This document shows, piece after piece, positions 1 through 16,551 of a stretch of DNA of 64,000 nucleotides. Position 1 is the first letter of the stretch; each line of letters opens with the position of its first letter. This stretch comes from Candidatus Poriferihabitaceae bacterium (lineage in GTDB: Bacteria > Pseudomonadota > Gammaproteobacteria > Arenicellales > Poriferihabitantaceae): contig OZ242021.1 in NCBI GenBank assembly GCA_965204925.1, positions 268,000 through 331,999 of the forward strand. Direction: 5' to 3'. A program made the position numbers and the translations under genes. Below the pieces are notes generated by a model. It worked only from the letters and a program-made list of their open reading frames with translations, was not told where the DNA came from and ran no database searches.

Positions 1-732
1 TTCCCCGACCTTGATCGCGCCCCGTTCAATTCGCCCGGTCACCACCGTGCCTCTGCCCGATATCGAAAACACATCTTCCACCGGCATCAGGAAATCACCG
101 TCGACCTTGCGTTCAGGCTCCGGTATATAACTGTCCAGCGCTTCTGCCAACCTGATAATGGAACCCTCTCCAAGGTCCGAGTCCTCTCCTTCCAGCGCTT
201 TCAGGGCGCTGCCAATCACGATCGGCGTGTCATCCCCGGGAAATTCATAAGCATCCAGCAATTCCCGTATTTCCATCTCGACCAGCTCCATCAACTCCTC
301 GTCGTCCACCATGTCGGCCTTGTTCAGATAGACAACGATATAGGGTACGCCAACCTGGCGGGCCAACAGAATATGCTCCCGCGTTTGCGGCATCGGGCCG
401 TCTGCGGCGCTGCATACCAGAATCGCCCCGTCCATCTGCGCGGCGCCTGTGATCATGTTTTTGATATAGTCGGCGTGTCCCGGACAGTCAACATGCGCAT
501 AGTGCCGATTTTCAGTCTGGTATTCAACATGTGCAGTAGCGATTGTGATGCCGCGGGACTTTTCCTCCGGCGCATTGTCTATCTCGTCAAACGCCTTCGA
601 TTCAGTACCACCGTGTCGGGCTGACAATACCTTCGTCATGGCCGCTGTCAGCGTCGTCTTGCCGTGGTCGACATGACCAATCGTACCAACATTTACATGC
701 GGTTTCGTTCTTTCAAATTTCTCTTTCGCCAT
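1..732 (-). CDS. tuf: Elongation factor Tu, first 244 codons (3' part runs off the window)
   Basis: The reverse strand from the ATG at 732-730 reads [35 protein letters not shown]...[25 protein letters not shown], the canonical EF-Tu N-terminus with G1 and G3 motifs. It lies downstream of fusA as in the str operon. It is absent from the ORF track because it is open at the window edge. Confidence 0.95.
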   Translation of the reverse strand, partial: MAKEKFERTKPHVNVGTIGHVDHGKTTLTAAMTKVLSARHGGTESKAFDEIDNAPEEKSRGITIATAHVEYQTENRHYAHVDCPGHADYIKNMITGAAQMDGAILVCSAADGPMPQTREHILLARQVGVPYIVVYLNKADMVDDEELMELVEMEIRELLDAYEFPGDDTPIVIGSALKALEGEDSDLGEGSIIRLAEALDSYIPEPERKVDGDFLMPVEDVFSISGRGTVVTGRIERGAIKVGE

Positions 733-807
733 GAATCAGTCTCCTCGATAATCTTTAATTTGTTACCTTGATTTATCAGTGATTTTTTTGTGCGCGGCAT
801 GAGCGGA

Positions 808-2901
808 TCAGGCGGCAACCTTCACCGAAGCCACAATATTTTCCGGAACGGGAGCGTATTTCCTGAACTCCATCGTATAATTTGCCCGTCCCTGCGTTGC
901 GGAACGCAGTGCGGTCGCATAACCGAACATCTCCGACAGGGGCACTTCCGCCTTTATGAACTTGCCGCCCGGCGCATCCCCCATTTCGTGGATCAGACCG
1001 CGCCGCGAACTCAAATCCCCGTTCACGTTTCCCATATATTCTTCCGGTGTTACCACTTCCACCGCCATCATCGGCTCCAGTAACTGCGGTCCGGCAATTC
1101 TGGCGCCTTCCCGAAAGGCCATGGAACCGGCCGTCCTGAACGCATGATCGGACGAATCGACATCGTGGCAGGAACCATAGAACAGTGTTGCCCTGACATC
1201 GATCACCGGATAGCCGGCAACGACGCCCGACTGCATCGCGGACTGGATGCCCCTGTCCACTGCGGGGATATATTCCCTGGGTATCACGCCGCCCTTGATT
1301 TCATCGACAAATTCATACCCCGCCCCCTGTTCCAGCGGCTCAAGGCGGACGAAAACATGGCCATATTGACCACGCCCACCGGTCTGTTTGGCGTACTTGT
1401 GCTCCATTTCAACCGGTTCGGTAATCGTTTCCCGGTAGGCAACCCGGGGCTTGCCGATGTTGGCGTCGACACTGAACTCCCTCTTCAGGCGATCGACAAT
1501 GATTTCAAGGTGCAGCTCGCCCATACCGGAGATGATCGTCTGCCCCGATTCTTCATCGGAACGAACCCGCAAAGAAGGATCTTCCTGGGCCAGTTTGCCG
1601 AGGGCAATGCCCAGCTTCTCCTGATCGGCCCTCGTTTTCGGTTCAACCGCCCGGGCGATAACGGGGTTCGGGAATTCCATTTTCTCCAGCATCACGACGG
1701 AACCGGTTGCACACAGGGTATCGCCGGTCGTAACACTTTTCAATCCCACCGCCGCCGCTATATCGCCGGCATATACTTGCCTGACATCCTCCCGGTTATT
1801 GGAGTGCATCTGCAATATGCGTCCAATCCGCTCCTTTTTCCCCTTCCCTGGATTGATCACGGTATCGCCCGTCCTGATCGTTCCCGAATACACACGAAAG
1901 AAAACCAGTTGTCCGAAAAACGAATCCGACATAATCTTGAATGCCAGCGCAGAAAACGGCTCCCTGTCATCGGACTTGCGCACAATCCGCGTCTTCCCGT
2001 CTTCACCCACGCCGCCGATCGCCGGCACATCGAGTGGAGCGGGCATGAAATCAACGATGCCGTCAAGCAGCGTCTGGACGCCCTTGTTCCGGAAGGCAGA
2101 GCCGCAAAATACCGGGACAATCTCACCGTTCAGGGCGCGGATACGGATCCCCCTCCTGATTTCCCGCTCGCAAAGATCGCCATTTTCAAAATAACGCTCC
2201 ATCAACCGTTCATCCGCTTCGGCAGCCGCTTCCACGAGCCGCGTTCTGAGTTGATCGGCTTCCCCGGCCAGCTCTTGCGGGATATCGCTGTATTCGAACT
2301 CGACGCCCATGTTTTCTTCTTTCCACGAGACGGCTTTCATCCTGACCAGATCGACAACTCCCCTGAAATTTTCTTCGGCTCCGATGTTCAGCTGCATCAT
2401 GACCGGACTGGCGCCCAGTCGACTCGCGATTTGCCCGCTCACACGCTTCAAATCGGCCCCTGTGCGGTCCATTTTGTTGATAAATGCCATTCTTGGCACA
2501 TTGTATTTGTCGGCCTGGCGCCACACCGTTTCCGACTGCGGCTCCACTCCTCCTACCGCGCAAAACACGGCGACTGCACCATCCAGCACGCGCAGGGAGC
2601 GCTCCACCTCAATGGTAAAATCAACGTGTCCGGGAGTATCAATGATATTGATTCGATGTTGTTCCAGGCTCTTGTCCATACCGTTCCAGAAACACGTGGT
2701 GGCTGCGGAGGTAATGGTAATCCCCCTCTCCTGCTCCTGTTCCATCCAGTCCATGATTGCGTTGCCGTCATGCACCTCGCCGAGCTTGTGGGAAAGACCG
2801 GTATAAAACAGTATGCGCTCGGTCGTTGTCGTCTTGCCGGCGTCAATGTGAGCCATGATGCCGATGTTACGATAACGTTCGAGTGGAGTTTTGCGTGACA
2901 C
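808..2901 (-). CDS. fusA: Elongation factor G
   Basis: The 703-aa ORF contains [25 protein letters not shown] and DTPGHVDF and sits in str-operon context. The ORF opens with GTG at 2919. I prefer the second GTG at 2901 (reading [13 protein letters not shown]) because a GAGG lies about 8 nt upstream. The start is uncertain by 18 nt. Confidence 0.93.
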   Translation of the reverse strand: MSRKTPLERYRNIGIMAHIDAGKTTTTERILFYTGLSHKLGEVHDGNAIMDWMEQEQERGITITSAATTCFWNGMDKSLEQHRINIIDTPGHVDFTIEVERSLRVLDGAVAVFCAVGGVEPQSETVWRQADKYNVPRMAFINKMDRTGADLKRVSGQIASRLGASPVMMQLNIGAEENFRGVVDLVRMKAVSWKEENMGVEFEYSDIPQELAGEADQLRTRLVEAAAEADERLMERYFENGDLCEREIRRGIRIRALNGEIVPVFCGSAFRNKGVQTLLDGIVDFMPAPLDVPAIGGVGEDGKTRIVRKSDDREPFSALAFKIMSDSFFGQLVFFRVYSGTIRTGDTVINPGKGKKERIGRILQMHSNNREDVRQVYAGDIAAAVGLKSVTTGDTLCATGSVVMLEKMEFPNPVIARAVEPKTRADQEKLGIALGKLAQEDPSLRVRSDEESGQTIISGMGELHLEIIVDRLKREFSVDANIGKPRVAYRETITEPVEMEHKYAKQTGGRGQYGHVFVRLEPLEQGAGYEFVDEIKGGVIPREYIPAVDRGIQSAMQSGVVAGYPVIDVRATLFYGSCHDVDSSDHAFRTAGSMAFREGARIAGPQLLEPMMAVEVVTPEEYMGNVNGDLSSRRGLIHEMGDAPGGKFIKAEVPLSEMFGYATALRSATQGRANYTMEFRKYAPVPENIVASVKVAA

Positions 2902-2939
2902 TGACCAGCCCTCGGGCACTTCTCAAAAATATCCCTGCA

Positions 2940-3410
2940 CTAGAACCTGTAATGAGAAAACGCCTTGTTGGCTTCCGCCATCTTGTGCGTATCCTCCCGT
3001 CTTTTGAAGGCGCTGCCCCGCTCGTTCGAGGCATCAAGCAACTCCCCGGCCAGCCTCGCCGTCATGGATTTTTCGGAGCGCTTGCGCGCGGCCGCCACGA
3101 GCCACCGCATGGCCAGCGCCATTTGACGGTTCGGGCGCACTTCAACGGGCACCTGGTAGGTGGCGCCGCCGACCCGCCGGCTTTTCACTTCGACGCCGGG
3201 GCTGACATTTTCAAGGGCCGTATTAAAAACCCCGACCACATCTTCCTTGCCGCGCTCCTTTATGATATCAAGAGCGCCATACATGATTCTCTCGGCAATC
3301 GACTTCTTGCCGTCCAGCATGATGACATTGATAAATTTTGCAACCGTCTGATCCTTGTACTTGGGATCGGGCAAAATCTTCCTCCTGGGGACTTCTCTTC
3401 GTCTTGACAT
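2940..3410 (-). CDS. rpsG: 30S ribosomal protein S7
   Basis: The 156-aa ORF begins [28 protein letters not shown] and ends ...AFSHYRF. It lies between rpsL and fusA. Confidence 0.95.
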   Translation of the reverse strand: MSRRREVPRRKILPDPKYKDQTVAKFINVIMLDGKKSIAERIMYGALDIIKERGKEDVVGVFNTALENVSPGVEVKSRRVGGATYQVPVEVRPNRQMALAMRWLVAAARKRSEKSMTARLAGELLDASNERGSAFKRREDTHKMAEANKAFSHYRF

Positions 3411-3538
3411 CTCTAAAGTTTCGTTCCGGTCGCTCCGGGTTGAGGTTCGGCAACACCGTTCAGCAATATATGTGATTGCTGCAACCTGCCGCCACGGGCT
3501 TGTCCAGGCCTCAGTATTTGTAAACCAATTCCCGCGCT

Positions 3539-3913
3539 TCAGGATTTGGGACGTTTTACGCCGTATTTCGAACGGCCCTGGCGCCTGTCCGACACCCCGG
3601 ACGTATCCAGCGCTCCACGCACGGTATGATAGCGGACGCCCGGCAAATCCTTCACGCGCCCGCCTCTTATCAGCACCACCGAGTGCTCTTGCAAATTATG
3701 ACCTTCACCACCGATATAAGTGGTTACCTCCTGCCCATTGGTAAGCCGCACCCTGGCCACCTTGCGCAGCGCTGAATTCGGCTTCTTCGGCGTCGTCGTA
3801 TACACGCGCGTACAAACACCGCGCTTCTGCGGGCAAGCCTGCAAAGCGGGAACATTGGACTTCCTGACCTGCTTTTTTCGCGGATTCCGGACCAGTTGAT
3901 TCAGTGTCGGCAT
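3539..3913 (-). CDS. rpsL: 30S ribosomal protein S12
   Basis: The 124-aa ORF reads [14 protein letters not shown]...[21 protein letters not shown], the canonical S12 sequence. Confidence 0.96.
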   Translation of the reverse strand: MPTLNQLVRNPRKKQVRKSNVPALQACPQKRGVCTRVYTTTPKKPNSALRKVARVRLTNGQEVTTYIGGEGHNLQEHSVVLIRGGRVKDLPGVRYHTVRGALDTSGVSDRRQGRSKYGVKRPKS

Positions 3914-4037
3914 GCGCTGGACTCTTTCAAAATCATTCTCAAACTAGTTCTGCCTGCTCCCAAAATACCACCAACCGTTCCCGCAAGAACCGAAATTCTG
4001 CCAGCAGTGAATAGCCCCGTACCCCAAAAGGCGCCGG

Positions 4038-4066
4038 ATTATAGGTCGGGGCAAATTCCCTGTCAA
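4038..4066 (-). promoter_or_regulatory. Consensus sigma70-type promoter for the rpsL-rpsG-fusA-tuf operon
   Basis: The minus strand reads TTGACA-gggaatttgccccgacc (17 nt)-TATAAT, matching both hexamers perfectly. It lies about 120 nt upstream of the rpsL start and downstream of the rpoC stop. Confidence 0.6.
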
Positions 4067-4148
4067 GGGAATAACCCGACAAAACCGCAATATCAGTAAT
4101 TGCCATTTTGCATTTTAATCCGGGGATACGACAGAGACGCCCGTTCCA

Positions 4149-8387
<4,239 letters not shown>

Positions 8388-8438
8388 GAGACTGCCTCTG
8401 TCAGTTAGTAACGAGTTCACCGGTCTGTGGCTTGCCGT

Positions 8439-11400
8439 TCAAAGATGCGGCAGACGAGCATGTGGAACGCCCGCAGGCGGTGAACCCGAGTGTCTGTGAC
8501 TTGCCGGCTGAGGACGATGTTCATGCTTCAACTCCAGGTTGAGTCCCAGCGCACGAATCTCCTTGACCAGAACATTGAACGATTCCGGCATACCGGTATC
8601 CATACCATGCTCGCCGCGAATAATATTCTCGTAAATCCTGGAACGGCCGCCGACGTCATCGGACTTGACTGTAAGCATTTCCTGCAACGTGTAGGCGGCG
8701 CCATAGGCTTCCAGCGCCCACACTTCCATCTCACCGAACCTTTGACCGCCGAATTGCGCCTTGCCCCCCAGCGGCTGCTGGGTGATCAGACTGTACGGCC
8801 CGGTTGATCGGGCGTGCATCTTGTCATCAACGAGGTGGTTCAGCTTGACCATATACATATAGCCGCAGGTAACCGGGCGGTCGAACCGCTCGCCGGTACG
8901 GCCATCGTACAATATCGTCTGTCCACTCTCCGGAATGCCGGCGAGTTTCAGCATCGCCTTGATTTCAAGTTCGTGAGCGCCGTCAAACACCGGCGTTGCC
9001 ATAGGCACTCCCTCACCCAGATTTCTTGCCAGCTCAAGCAACTCACTATCGGACAGACTATCCAATGACTCTTTTTTGCCACTGGAGTTATATACCTTTT
9101 CGAGGTATCTGCGAATCTGGTCGATACGCTTGTTCTTGCGCAGCATTTCATCGATTTTCTCGCCGATTTTTTTCGCCGCCCATCCCAGGTGGGTTTCCAG
9201 AACCTGCCCCACATTCATGCGTGAAGGCACGCCCAGAGGATTGAGACAAATATCGACCGTGGCGCCGTCCTCCATATAAGGCATATCCTCAACCGGAACG
9301 ATTCTGGAAATAACTCCCTTGTTGCCGTGGCGCCCCGCTATCTTGTCGCCGGGCTGCAACCTGCGCTTCACGGCGACAAAAACCTTGACGATTTTCTGGA
9401 CCCCCGGAGCCAGATCGTCGCCCATTTTGATTTTCCCTTGCTTTTCCTCGAAACGGCGGTCAAACTCCTCACGCTGAACCTGAATCTGGTCGCGGATTTT
9501 CTCGATCGCCCGGTTGGCCTGTTCGTCCCGAAGACGAATTTCAAACCATTCCTTGCGAGTCAACGAGGAAAGATAATGATCGGTTACGGCTTCTCCCGCC
9601 GCCAGGTTGCCAGGACCGCCTTCGGCGACCTGGCCGAGCAACAGCCGCCCGATACGGGCAAAGGCATCATCCTCGACAATACGCAACTGGTCATTCAGGT
9701 TTTTGCGGACGGTGTTCAGCTCGTCTTCATCATTGGCGGCAGCGCGGGCATCTTTTTCAAGACCATCGCGGGTAAACACCTGAACGTCGATAACGGTGCC
9801 CTTCATTACGGAAGGCACGCGCAGCGACGTGTCCTTCACATCCGATGCTTTTTCTCCAAAGATAGCGCGCAGGAGCTTTTCTTCAGGCGTCAGCTGGGTC
9901 TCGGCCTTGGGCGTAACCTTGCCGACCAGGATATCGCCGGGATGCACTTCGGCGCCAATATAGACAATGCCGGATTCGTCCAGTTTGGACAGGGCGTTCT
10001 CATTGACATTGGGAATATCGCGGCTGATCTCCTCGGAACCGAGCTTGACATCACGTGCGGTACAGGTCAGTTCCTCGATATGGATCGAGGTATAGACGTC
10101 ATCCTTTACCAACCGCTCGGAAATCAGGATCGAGTCTTCAAAATTGTAGCCGTTCCAAGGCATGAACGCGACCAGCGCGTTCCTGCCGAGAGCCAGTTCG
10201 CCCATGTCCGTGGACGGCCCGTCGGCTACAACATCGCCGCGCTCCACGACGTCTCCCACTTCCACAAGGGGACGCTGGTTGATCGTGGTATTCTGGTTTG
10301 AGCGCCGATATTTGGTCAGGTTGTATATATCGACGCCCGGCTCACCGTCGATCGCCTCATGATCATTGGCGCGCACGACAATTCTGGAAGCGTCCACGAA
10401 ATCGACCATGCCGCCGCGGCGCGCAATGACAGTCACGCCGGAATCGATCGCGACCGTACGCTCCATACCGGTACCAACCAGCGGTTTTTCGCTGCGTACC
10501 ACGGGCACCGCCTGACGCTGCATGTTGGAGCCCATGAGGGCGCGATTGGCATCATCATGCTCAAGGAACGGAACGAGTGAGGCCGCCACCGAAACAATCT
10601 GCTGGGGCGCCACATCAATGTAGTCGATCTGGTCAGGAGACGACAGGGAAGATTCATTTTTGTGACGGCAGGAAACCAGTTCACTGACGAACCGGCCGCT
10701 GGAATCCAGTCTGGAATTGGCCTGGGCGATGATGAACTTGTGCTCCTCGATCGCGGACAGGTAATCCACCCGGGCGGTGACCTTGCCATTTTTCACCTTG
10801 CGGTACGGAGTCTCCAGGAAACCGTATTCATTGGTTTTGGCAAAACAGGCCAGTGAATTGATCAGGCCGATATTGCCCCCCTCGGGAGTCTCGATTGGAC
10901 AGACACGTCCATAGTGGGTCGGATGTACGTCGCGAACTTCAAATCCGGCGCGGTCGCGTGTCAGTCCGCCCGGACCCAGCGCCGAAACCCGCCGTTTGTG
11001 AGTGACTTCCGAAAGGGGATTGGTTTGGTCCATGAATTGGGATAGCTGGCTGGAACCGAAAAATTCCCGCACAACGGCAGCAACCGGTTTGGCGTTAATC
11101 AGGTCCCGGGGAGTCAGGTTTTCACTTTCAGCCTGGTTCAGGCGTTCCTTGACCGCGCGCTCGACCCGCACGAGGCCAATACGAAACTGGTTCTCAACCA
11201 GCTCACCGACTGAACGCACCCGGCGATTTCCGAGGCTGTCGATATCGTCGATTTCCCCCTTGCCATTCTTCAAATGGATGATTTTATGCATCACATCGAC
11301 GATATCCTGCTTGCTCAATGTGCCGGGACCTTCATCGGATTCCCGGCCCAGACGCCGATTCAGCTTCATGCGCCCCACAGCGGAGAGGTCATATCTTTCC

Positions 11401-12590
11401 TGGTTGAAGAACAGATTTACGAACAAGGCCGCCGCGGCCTCCTTGATAGGCGGCTCACCGGGACGCATGACCTGGTAGATTTGCGCTTGCGCCTCTTCCT
11501 CCGTGCGGGCTGTATCAATACGCAAGGTCTCTGAAATAAACGGCCCGCAATCAATATCATTGGTATAAATCGTCTCCAGGTGAGTGATTCCGTTATCCCG
11601 GAAACTGTCCAGCAATTTCGGCGTGATTTCTGTGTTGGCGTCCGCCAGCAACTCTCCCGTTTCCATATTGATTACATCATGCGCCAGAGTGCGTCCTGCA
11701 ACAAATTCATCGGGCACCTCTATTTCCGTGATGCCGGCATCCTCCAGCTGCCGGATATGGCGGGTCGCGATTCTTTTTCCCGCCTCTACCAGTACCTTGC
11801 CGTCAGCGCCCGGCAAGTCGAAATCTAGGCGCTGTCCACGCAGCCGCTCAGGAACGAGTTTCAGCGTCGCCCCGCTGCCGCTCAGCGTAATGACATCATT
11901 TTCAAAGAACATGGCCAGCATTTCTTTCGTGTTGTAGCCGAGCGCCCGCAGCATGACCGTGGCCGGCAACTTGCGGCGCCGGTCAATACGGATATAAAGA
12001 TGATCCTTGGGGTCGAACTCCAGATCCAGCCAGGACCCGCGATACGGAATGATACGGGCAGTAAACAATAACTTCCTGGAAGGATGCGTCTTGCCCCCGT
12101 CATGGTCGAAAACAACGCCCGGCGAACGGTGCAGCTGGGATACCACTACGCGTTCCGTTCCGTTGACAACAAAGGTGCCGTTATCGGTAATAAGCGGCAT
12201 ATCGCCGAGATAAACTTCCTGTTCGATCTTCTCTTTCAGCTTCTTGTTAGCGCCGCTTTTATTGAAAATGACGAGGCTCATGACGGCGTGCAGCGGGCAG
12301 GAATAGAGCAAACTGCGCTGCTGGCATTCGAGCACATCAAATGGGGGCTTCCCCAGGCGGTAGCGGATAAATTGCAATTGAACACTGCCATTATAGCTTT
12401 CTATCGGGAATACCGACTTGAACGCCGCCTGAATACCCTGATCGATGCGCTGTTCCGGCGGCGTGTCCGCCTGCAGGTATTTACGGTATGATTCCTTTTG
12501 TGTCTCCAGCAGGTAAGGAACCTGATAATCATCGGAACGTTTACTGAAGTTCTTGCGAATACGCTTCTTTTCGTTATATGAATAACCCAT
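8439..12590 (-). CDS. rpoB: DNA-directed RNA polymerase subunit beta
   Basis: The ORF spans 8439-12614. [15 protein letters not shown] at the ATG at 12590 matches the usual RpoB start, and conserved blocks follow throughout (for example [24 protein letters not shown]). The C-terminus runs about 30 aa past the usual ...LNLEL end. Confidence 0.95.
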   Translation of the reverse strand: MGYSYNEKKRIRKNFSKRSDDYQVPYLLETQKESYRKYLQADTPPEQRIDQGIQAAFKSVFPIESYNGSVQLQFIRYRLGKPPFDVLECQQRSLLYSCPLHAVMSLVIFNKSGANKKLKEKIEQEVYLGDMPLITDNGTFVVNGTERVVVSQLHRSPGVVFDHDGGKTHPSRKLLFTARIIPYRGSWLDLEFDPKDHLYIRIDRRRKLPATVMLRALGYNTKEMLAMFFENDVITLSGSGATLKLVPERLRGQRLDFDLPGADGKVLVEAGKRIATRHIRQLEDAGITEIEVPDEFVAGRTLAHDVINMETGELLADANTEITPKLLDSFRDNGITHLETIYTNDIDCGPFISETLRIDTARTEEEAQAQIYQVMRPGEPPIKEAAAALFVNLFFNQERYDLSAVGRMKLNRRLGRESDEGPGTLSKQDIVDVMHKIIHLKNGKGEIDDIDSLGNRRVRSVGELVENQFRIGLVRVERAVKERLNQAESENLTPRDLINAKPVAAVVREFFGSSQLSQFMDQTNPLSEVTHKRRVSALGPGGLTRDRAGFEVRDVHPTHYGRVCPIETPEGGNIGLINSLACFAKTNEYGFLETPYRKVKNGKVTARVDYLSAIEEHKFIIAQANSRLDSSGRFVSELVSCRHKNESSLSSPDQIDYIDVAPQQIVSVAASLVPFLEHDDANRALMGSNMQRQAVPVVRSEKPLVGTGMERTVAIDSGVTVIARRGGMVDFVDASRIVVRANDHEAIDGEPGVDIYNLTKYRRSNQNTTINQRPLVEVGDVVERGDVVADGPSTDMGELALGRNALVAFMPWNGYNFEDSILISERLVKDDVYTSIHIEELTCTARDVKLGSEEISRDIPNVNENALSKLDESGIVYIGAEVHPGDILVGKVTPKAETQLTPEEKLLRAIFGEKASDVKDTSLRVPSVMKGTVIDVQVFTRDGLEKDARAAANDEDELNTVRKNLNDQLRIVEDDAFARIGRLLLGQVAEGGPGNLAAGEAVTDHYLSSLTRKEWFEIRLRDEQANRAIEKIRDQIQVQREEFDRRFEEKQGKIKMGDDLAPGVQKIVKVFVAVKRRLQPGDKIAGRHGNKGVISRIVPVEDMPYMEDGATVDICLNPLGVPSRMNVGQVLETHLGWAAKKIGEKIDEMLRKNKRIDQIRRYLEKVYNSSGKKESLDSLSDSELLELARNLGEGVPMATPVFDGAHELEIKAMLKLAGIPESGQTILYDGRTGERFDRPVTCGYMYMVKLNHLVDDKMHARSTGPYSLITQQPLGGKAQFGGQRFGEMEVWALEAYGAAYTLQEMLTVKSDDVGGRSRIYENIIRGEHGMDTGMPESFNVLVKEIRALGLNLELKHEHRPQPASHRHSGSPPAGVPHARLPHL

Positions 12591-12741
12591 ATTTATTCTC
12601 TGATAACCGATCATCCGGCGCTGCGCAAGAACGGACAGCCCTTATGGGCGCTGCCCTGTCCGCCGCAACATAAAAAACATCAATGCGCTGCAAAAAACGC
12701 AAGCACGTCTGCCAATGGTTCCACTCCACCGCAGAGCGGGG

Positions 12742-13125
12742 TCACCTGAGTTCGACCGTTGCGCCTGCCGCCTCAAGCTGCTTTTTGATGTCTTCGGCTT
12801 CTTCCTTGCCAACGCCTTCCCGCACCGCGGCGGGAGCTTTCTCCACAAGGTCCTTTGCCTCCTTGAGGCCAAGGCTGGTAATGGCGCGAACCGCCTTGAT
12901 GACACCTACCTTCTTGTCGCCGAAACTGCTCAGCACGATATCGAATTCGTCCTTCTCTTCCTCCTCGACAACCGCTTCGCCGTCCCCCACCGTGGCCGCC
13001 GCTACGGCGACCGGGGCGGCCGCGGAGACGCCGAATTTTTCTTCCATATCGCGGATCAATTCGGACAGGTCAAGAACCGACATCGCAGAGATTGCATCAA
13101 GAATTTCTTCTTTCGTTAAAGCCAT
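12742..13125 (-). CDS. rplL: 50S ribosomal protein L7/L12
   Basis: The 127-aa ORF has an alanine-rich hinge and the C-terminal domain [24 protein letters not shown]. Confidence 0.95.
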   Translation of the reverse strand: MALTKEEILDAISAMSVLDLSELIRDMEEKFGVSAAAPVAVAAATVGDGEAVVEEEEKDEFDIVLSSFGDKKVGVIKAVRAITSLGLKEAKDLVEKAPAAVREGVGKEEAEDIKKQLEAAGATVELR

Positions 13126-13181
13126 GGTAATTACTCCTGGTAACTGGACAATATTAAATATTCAAATGATCGATCAACGAT

Positions 13182-13712
13182 TCAACAATGCGGCCGCGCC
13201 TCTGCCTCCACTACAGCAGCCAGGGTGCGTACCGCCCTGGCGGGAACCTCGTTCAGAGTCGTAACGAACTTCTGCACAGGCGCCTGCAAAGCGCCCATCA
13301 GTTTCGCAATCAACTCATCCCGACCCGGTAATGACGAAAGACGCTCGATCATTTCCGCGTCCATGAGCGCGCCATTCATGACACCCGCGGTAATACGGAA
13401 ATTTTCATGGTCTTTGGCGAACGCAGCCATGACTCTGGCAACGGCGACCGGGTCTTCGGACGCCGAGAAAATGACCGGACCGGTAAAATGCTCTGCCAGA
13501 CATTCAAAATCCGAATCCCGCACCGCGATCCTGGCCAGATTGTTTTTGACAACCTTTATCCAGACTCCGGCATTGCGCGCCTCGTTGCGCAACGAGGTTA
13601 ACTGCTGAACATTGAATCCACGATACTCGGCCAATATCCCCGCGCACGCCGAAGAAATGGCTTCGGCTGTCTCGCTGACTACGGCCTTTTTCTGATCGAG
13701 ACTTAAGCTCAT
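13182..13712 (-). CDS. rplJ: 50S ribosomal protein L10
   Basis: The ORF spans 13182-13727. The internal ATG at 13712 gives MSLSLDQKKAVVSE..., and the gene lies directly upstream of rplL. Confidence 0.9.
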   Translation of the reverse strand: MSLSLDQKKAVVSETAEAISSACAGILAEYRGFNVQQLTSLRNEARNAGVWIKVVKNNLARIAVRDSDFECLAEHFTGPVIFSASEDPVAVARVMAAFAKDHENFRITAGVMNGALMDAEMIERLSSLPGRDELIAKLMGALQAPVQKFVTTLNEVPARAVRTLAAVVEAEARPHC

Positions 13713-13918
13713 AGAATCACACTCCAAAAAATAATGGTGCCCTGCATCAGGAAAATTCCCGATTTCGGCTCACCGTCTGCGCAGGCGCGTTGACCGGGAA
13801 ATACCCGATGAAACGACGCATTCAGGAATGGAATCCCATTCACTCACCTGCGGTCTTTGACAGCTCTGCATCGACTCGCAACCCTCAAGGACAGGAGAAA
13901 TCATGCAACGCCCCAAAA

Positions 13919-14620
13919 CTATCTGATCGCCGCAATACTTGCGCGGTCGACCTTCACGCCCGGCCCCATTGTGCTTGACAATGAAACCCTGCGAATATAC
14001 TGCCCTTTGGTTGATGCTGGCCTGGCTTTGATCAGGGCAGATATCAGGGCGTTCAAATTTTCTTCCAGCCCCTCCCGATCAAAAGATACCTTGCCAATCG
14101 GACAATGAACAATTCCCGCCTTGTCGATACGGAATTGAACGCGCCCGGATTTTGCATCCTCAACAGCCTTGCCCACATCGGTCGTGACCGTGCCCACCCT
14201 GGGGTTCGGCATCAATCCCCTTGGCCCCAGAATCTGTCCGAGCTGTCCGACCACACGCATGGTATCGGGAGTCGCAATACACAGATCAAATTCGATTACA
14301 CCTTTTCTGATCTGATCTGCCAGGTCATCCAGTCCGACCAGATCGGCTCCCGCTGCCCTGGCTGTCCCGGCATTTTCTCCCGTGGCAAAAACAGCCACCC
14401 GCACCGTTTTCCCTGTGCCCTTCGGCAACACCGTAGCCCCTCTTACGTTCTGCTCCGACTTCCTCGAATTGACCCCGAGAACGACGGCCGCATCGACCGT
14501 TTCATCGAATCCGGCCTGTGACAAATCCCTGACCAGCGCAATCGCGTCATTGAGCGGATACACTCTGTCCCGGTCGACACGGCTGTTTGCGGCGCGGCTT
14601 CTCTTACCCTGGTTCGGCAT
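13919..14620 (-). CDS. rplA: 50S ribosomal protein L1
   Basis: The 233-aa ORF carries the L1 signatures [13 protein letters not shown] and GPRGLMPNP. It follows rplK after a 2-nt gap. Confidence 0.95.
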   Translation of the reverse strand: MPNQGKRSRAANSRVDRDRVYPLNDAIALVRDLSQAGFDETVDAAVVLGVNSRKSEQNVRGATVLPKGTGKTVRVAVFATGENAGTARAAGADLVGLDDLADQIRKGVIEFDLCIATPDTMRVVGQLGQILGPRGLMPNPRVGTVTTDVGKAVEDAKSGRVQFRIDKAGIVHCPIGKVSFDREGLEENLNALISALIKARPASTKGQYIRRVSLSSTMGPGVKVDRASIAAIR

Positions 14621-14622
14621 AC

Positions 14623-15054
14623 CTATACCCCCTCCGTTTCTATACCCATACTGCGCGCGCTACCGGCAATGATTCTGACCGCTTGTGAAAGGTCCCGGGC
14701 GCTCAGGTCGGATTGCTTGGTTTTTGCGATTTCTTCCAGTTGGGCACGGGTCACCTTACCGACCTTTTCACGATTGGGCACACTGCTGCCCTTGTCGACG
14801 CCTGCGGCCTTCTTCAAAAGAACGGAAGCAGGCGGGGTTTTCCTGACGAACGTAAAACTCTTGTCCGAATAAACACTGATCACAACCGGAACCGGCAAAC
14901 CTTTCTCCATATCCTGGGTTTCTGCATTGAACATCTTGCAGAAATTCATGATATTGACACCATGCTGACCCAACGCCGGACCGACCGGCGGGCTCGGCCT
15001 GGCATCGCCTGCAGGAACCTGAAGTTTGATGTAAGCTTCTATTTTTCTGGCCAT
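14623..15054 (-). CDS. rplK: 50S ribosomal protein L11
   Basis: The 143-aa ORF contains [34 protein letters not shown]. Confidence 0.95.
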   Translation of the reverse strand: MARKIEAYIKLQVPAGDARPSPPVGPALGQHGVNIMNFCKMFNAETQDMEKGLPVPVVISVYSDKSFTFVRKTPPASVLLKKAAGVDKGSSVPNREKVGKVTRAQLEEIAKTKQSDLSARDLSQAVRIIAGSARSMGIETEGV

Positions 15055-15101
15055 CCGCTAACTCCAAATAATATACCGAGGGTAAAAGGGCAATCGTTTC
15101 C

Positions 15102-15692
15102 CTAGCCTTTTTCGACTTGGGAAAAATCAAGTTCGACCGGGGTAGAACGTCCAAAAATTGTGACAGAAACCTTCAGTTTCGCTTTCTCGAAGTTCGCGTC
15201 TTCGACCGTGGCGCTGAAATCCTGGAACGGCCCATCGACAATCCTGACGATCTCTCCGGGCGCAAAGGTGAATTTCATTTTTGGCTTGTCCTGGCTGTCG
15301 GAAATCTGCTGGATAATTTCCTCGGCCTCCTCATCCGTGATCGGCGGGACCTTCCATTTTTGATCACTTTGCCGGCTGTCCGTACCGCCGACAAAGGCTG
15401 CCACACGCGGTACGCCTTTCACCAGATACCAGGTTTTTTCGGTCAATTCCATTTGCACCAGTACATAGCCGGGAAAAAACTTCCGTTCACTGGTGCGTTT
15501 CTGGCCGCCCCTCATTTCAACCACCTCTTCGGTGGGCACCAGTATTCTGCCGAAATACGCTCCCATGCCCATACGGGCGATGCGATCATGCAGCGCTTTC
15601 TGCACCTGTTTTTCAGATCCTGAAAATGCCTGAACAACATACCACTTCATATTGGGGTTATGTTCCGGCCCGGCTTTTGTATCATTATTCAT
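15102..15692 (-). CDS. nusG: Transcription termination/antitermination factor NusG
   Basis: The 196-aa ORF contains KWYVVQAFSGSEKQV and a KOW region (GEIVRIVDGPFQDFSATVE). It lies between secE and rplK. Confidence 0.94.
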   Translation of the reverse strand: MNNDTKAGPEHNPNMKWYVVQAFSGSEKQVQKALHDRIARMGMGAYFGRILVPTEEVVEMRGGQKRTSERKFFPGYVLVQMELTEKTWYLVKGVPRVAAFVGGTDSRQSDQKWKVPPITDEEAEEIIQQISDSQDKPKMKFTFAPGEIVRIVDGPFQDFSATVEDANFEKAKLKVSVTIFGRSTPVELDFSQVEKG

Positions 15693-15721
15693 GCCTGTCT
15701 ACCTGATGCCCGATCTGCCGG

Positions 15722-16102
15722 CTATGCGCCTTTAACCCTCAGGATCATGTCGTAGATGCCATAGAACGAAAGCGCATCAAACGCCCACATGATCAACCCC
15801 AGAATAATCACGAGAATAATCACCATCAACGTCACCTGCAGGGCTTCCGGTCGGGTCGGCCATACCACTTTCTGGCACTCGATATTTGCTCCCTTGACAA
15901 AGGCCCAAGCGTCCTGCCCGATCGCTGTGGTCAATACCAGGGCGGCAGCCAATACCATTCCGGCAACGACCATGCCGATACGGCCCAGCTGCATGACATC
16001 GCTGAACTGATACCAGGCAACGACAGCGGCGAGAACGATCAGAATCGCTGCAACAATTTTAATTTTGTCAATCACTGCATTGGGTTTCCGATAATCGGTC
16101 AA
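15722..16102 (-). CDS. secE: Preprotein translocase subunit SecE
   Basis: The 126-aa protein has three hydrophobic helices and sits in the conserved position between tRNA-Trp and nusG. Confidence 0.85.
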   Translation of the reverse strand: MTDYRKPNAVIDKIKIVAAILIVLAAVVAWYQFSDVMQLGRIGMVVAGMVLAAALVLTTAIGQDAWAFVKGANIECQKVVWPTRPEALQVTLMVIILVIILGLIMWAFDALSFYGIYDMILRVKGA

Positions 16103-16121
16103 AAATTACGAGCAAGAACGA

Positions 16122-16197
<76 letters not shown>

Positions 16198-16283
16198 TCG
16201 AGCCGACTTGTTGAATAAACCAACCTCGCTAACAAACTGTTCACTATACAACCCCTCCCGATAACCCGTAACACTCCCGGCAG

Positions 16284-16359
<76 letters not shown>

Positions 16360-16414
16360 AACCCGAACATCGCTTCCGCAAACCCCTGACTGCCACCAGT
16401 TCCACGGCGCCGAC

Positions 16415-16489
16415 TGGAGCGGGTGATGGGAATCGAACCCACATCATCAGCTTGGAAGGCTGAGGTTCTGGCCATTGAACTACACCCGC
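16415..16489 (-). tRNA. tRNA-Gly (anticodon TCC)
   Basis: The reverse complement reads GCGGGTGTAGTTCAATGGCCAGAACCTCAGCCTTCCAAGCTGATGATGTGGGTTCGATTCCCATCACCCGCTCCA. Confidence 0.9.
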
Positions 16490-16551
16490 ACCGGAAATTA
16501 CAATCAAATCAACCACTTCAACCTCTCGGTCACCTCAACATCCGGGCAACA

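Noticed and set aside
1144-2898. A 584-aa ORF antisense to fusA. Similar long antisense ORFs occur at 5181-6197, 6393-6974 and 6981-8294 (rpoC), 9327-10301 (rpoB), 24605-25588 and 25658-26614 (DMGDH-like gene), 48076-48906 (pabB), 54097-55575 (lpxB/lpxA) and 55683-56650 (fabZ/lpxD).
   Set aside because: All lie opposite strongly conserved, clearly identifiable genes. They have Arg/Gly/Pro-rich, low-complexity translations typical of shadow ORFs in GC-rich coding DNA, with no motifs.
8439-8530. RpoB appears to carry an extra C-terminal tail of about 30 aa ([28 protein letters not shown]) beyond the usual ...LNLEL end.
   Set aside because: The tail is low-complexity read-through into what is normally the rpoB-rpoC spacer. 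It could reflect a real short extension, a lost stop codon or a sequencing error, and nothing in the sequence argues for function.
12615-12741. Possible attenuator or terminator hairpins in the rplL-rpoB spacer (for example CAGCGCCC-ATAA-GGGCTG followed by TCCGTTCTT, and GCAGACGTGCTTGCGTTTTTT).
   Set aside because: The stems are short or bulged and the U-tracts are weak. An attenuator is expected here by analogy with E. coli, but I cannot define it reliably by eye.
16198-16283. No tuf copy between tRNA-Thr(GGU) and tRNA-Trp, where many gammaproteobacteria carry tufB.
   Set aside because: Only an ~86-bp spacer is present and I see no relic of tuf in it. Loss or absence of the second tuf copy is common and cannot be interpreted further from this window.
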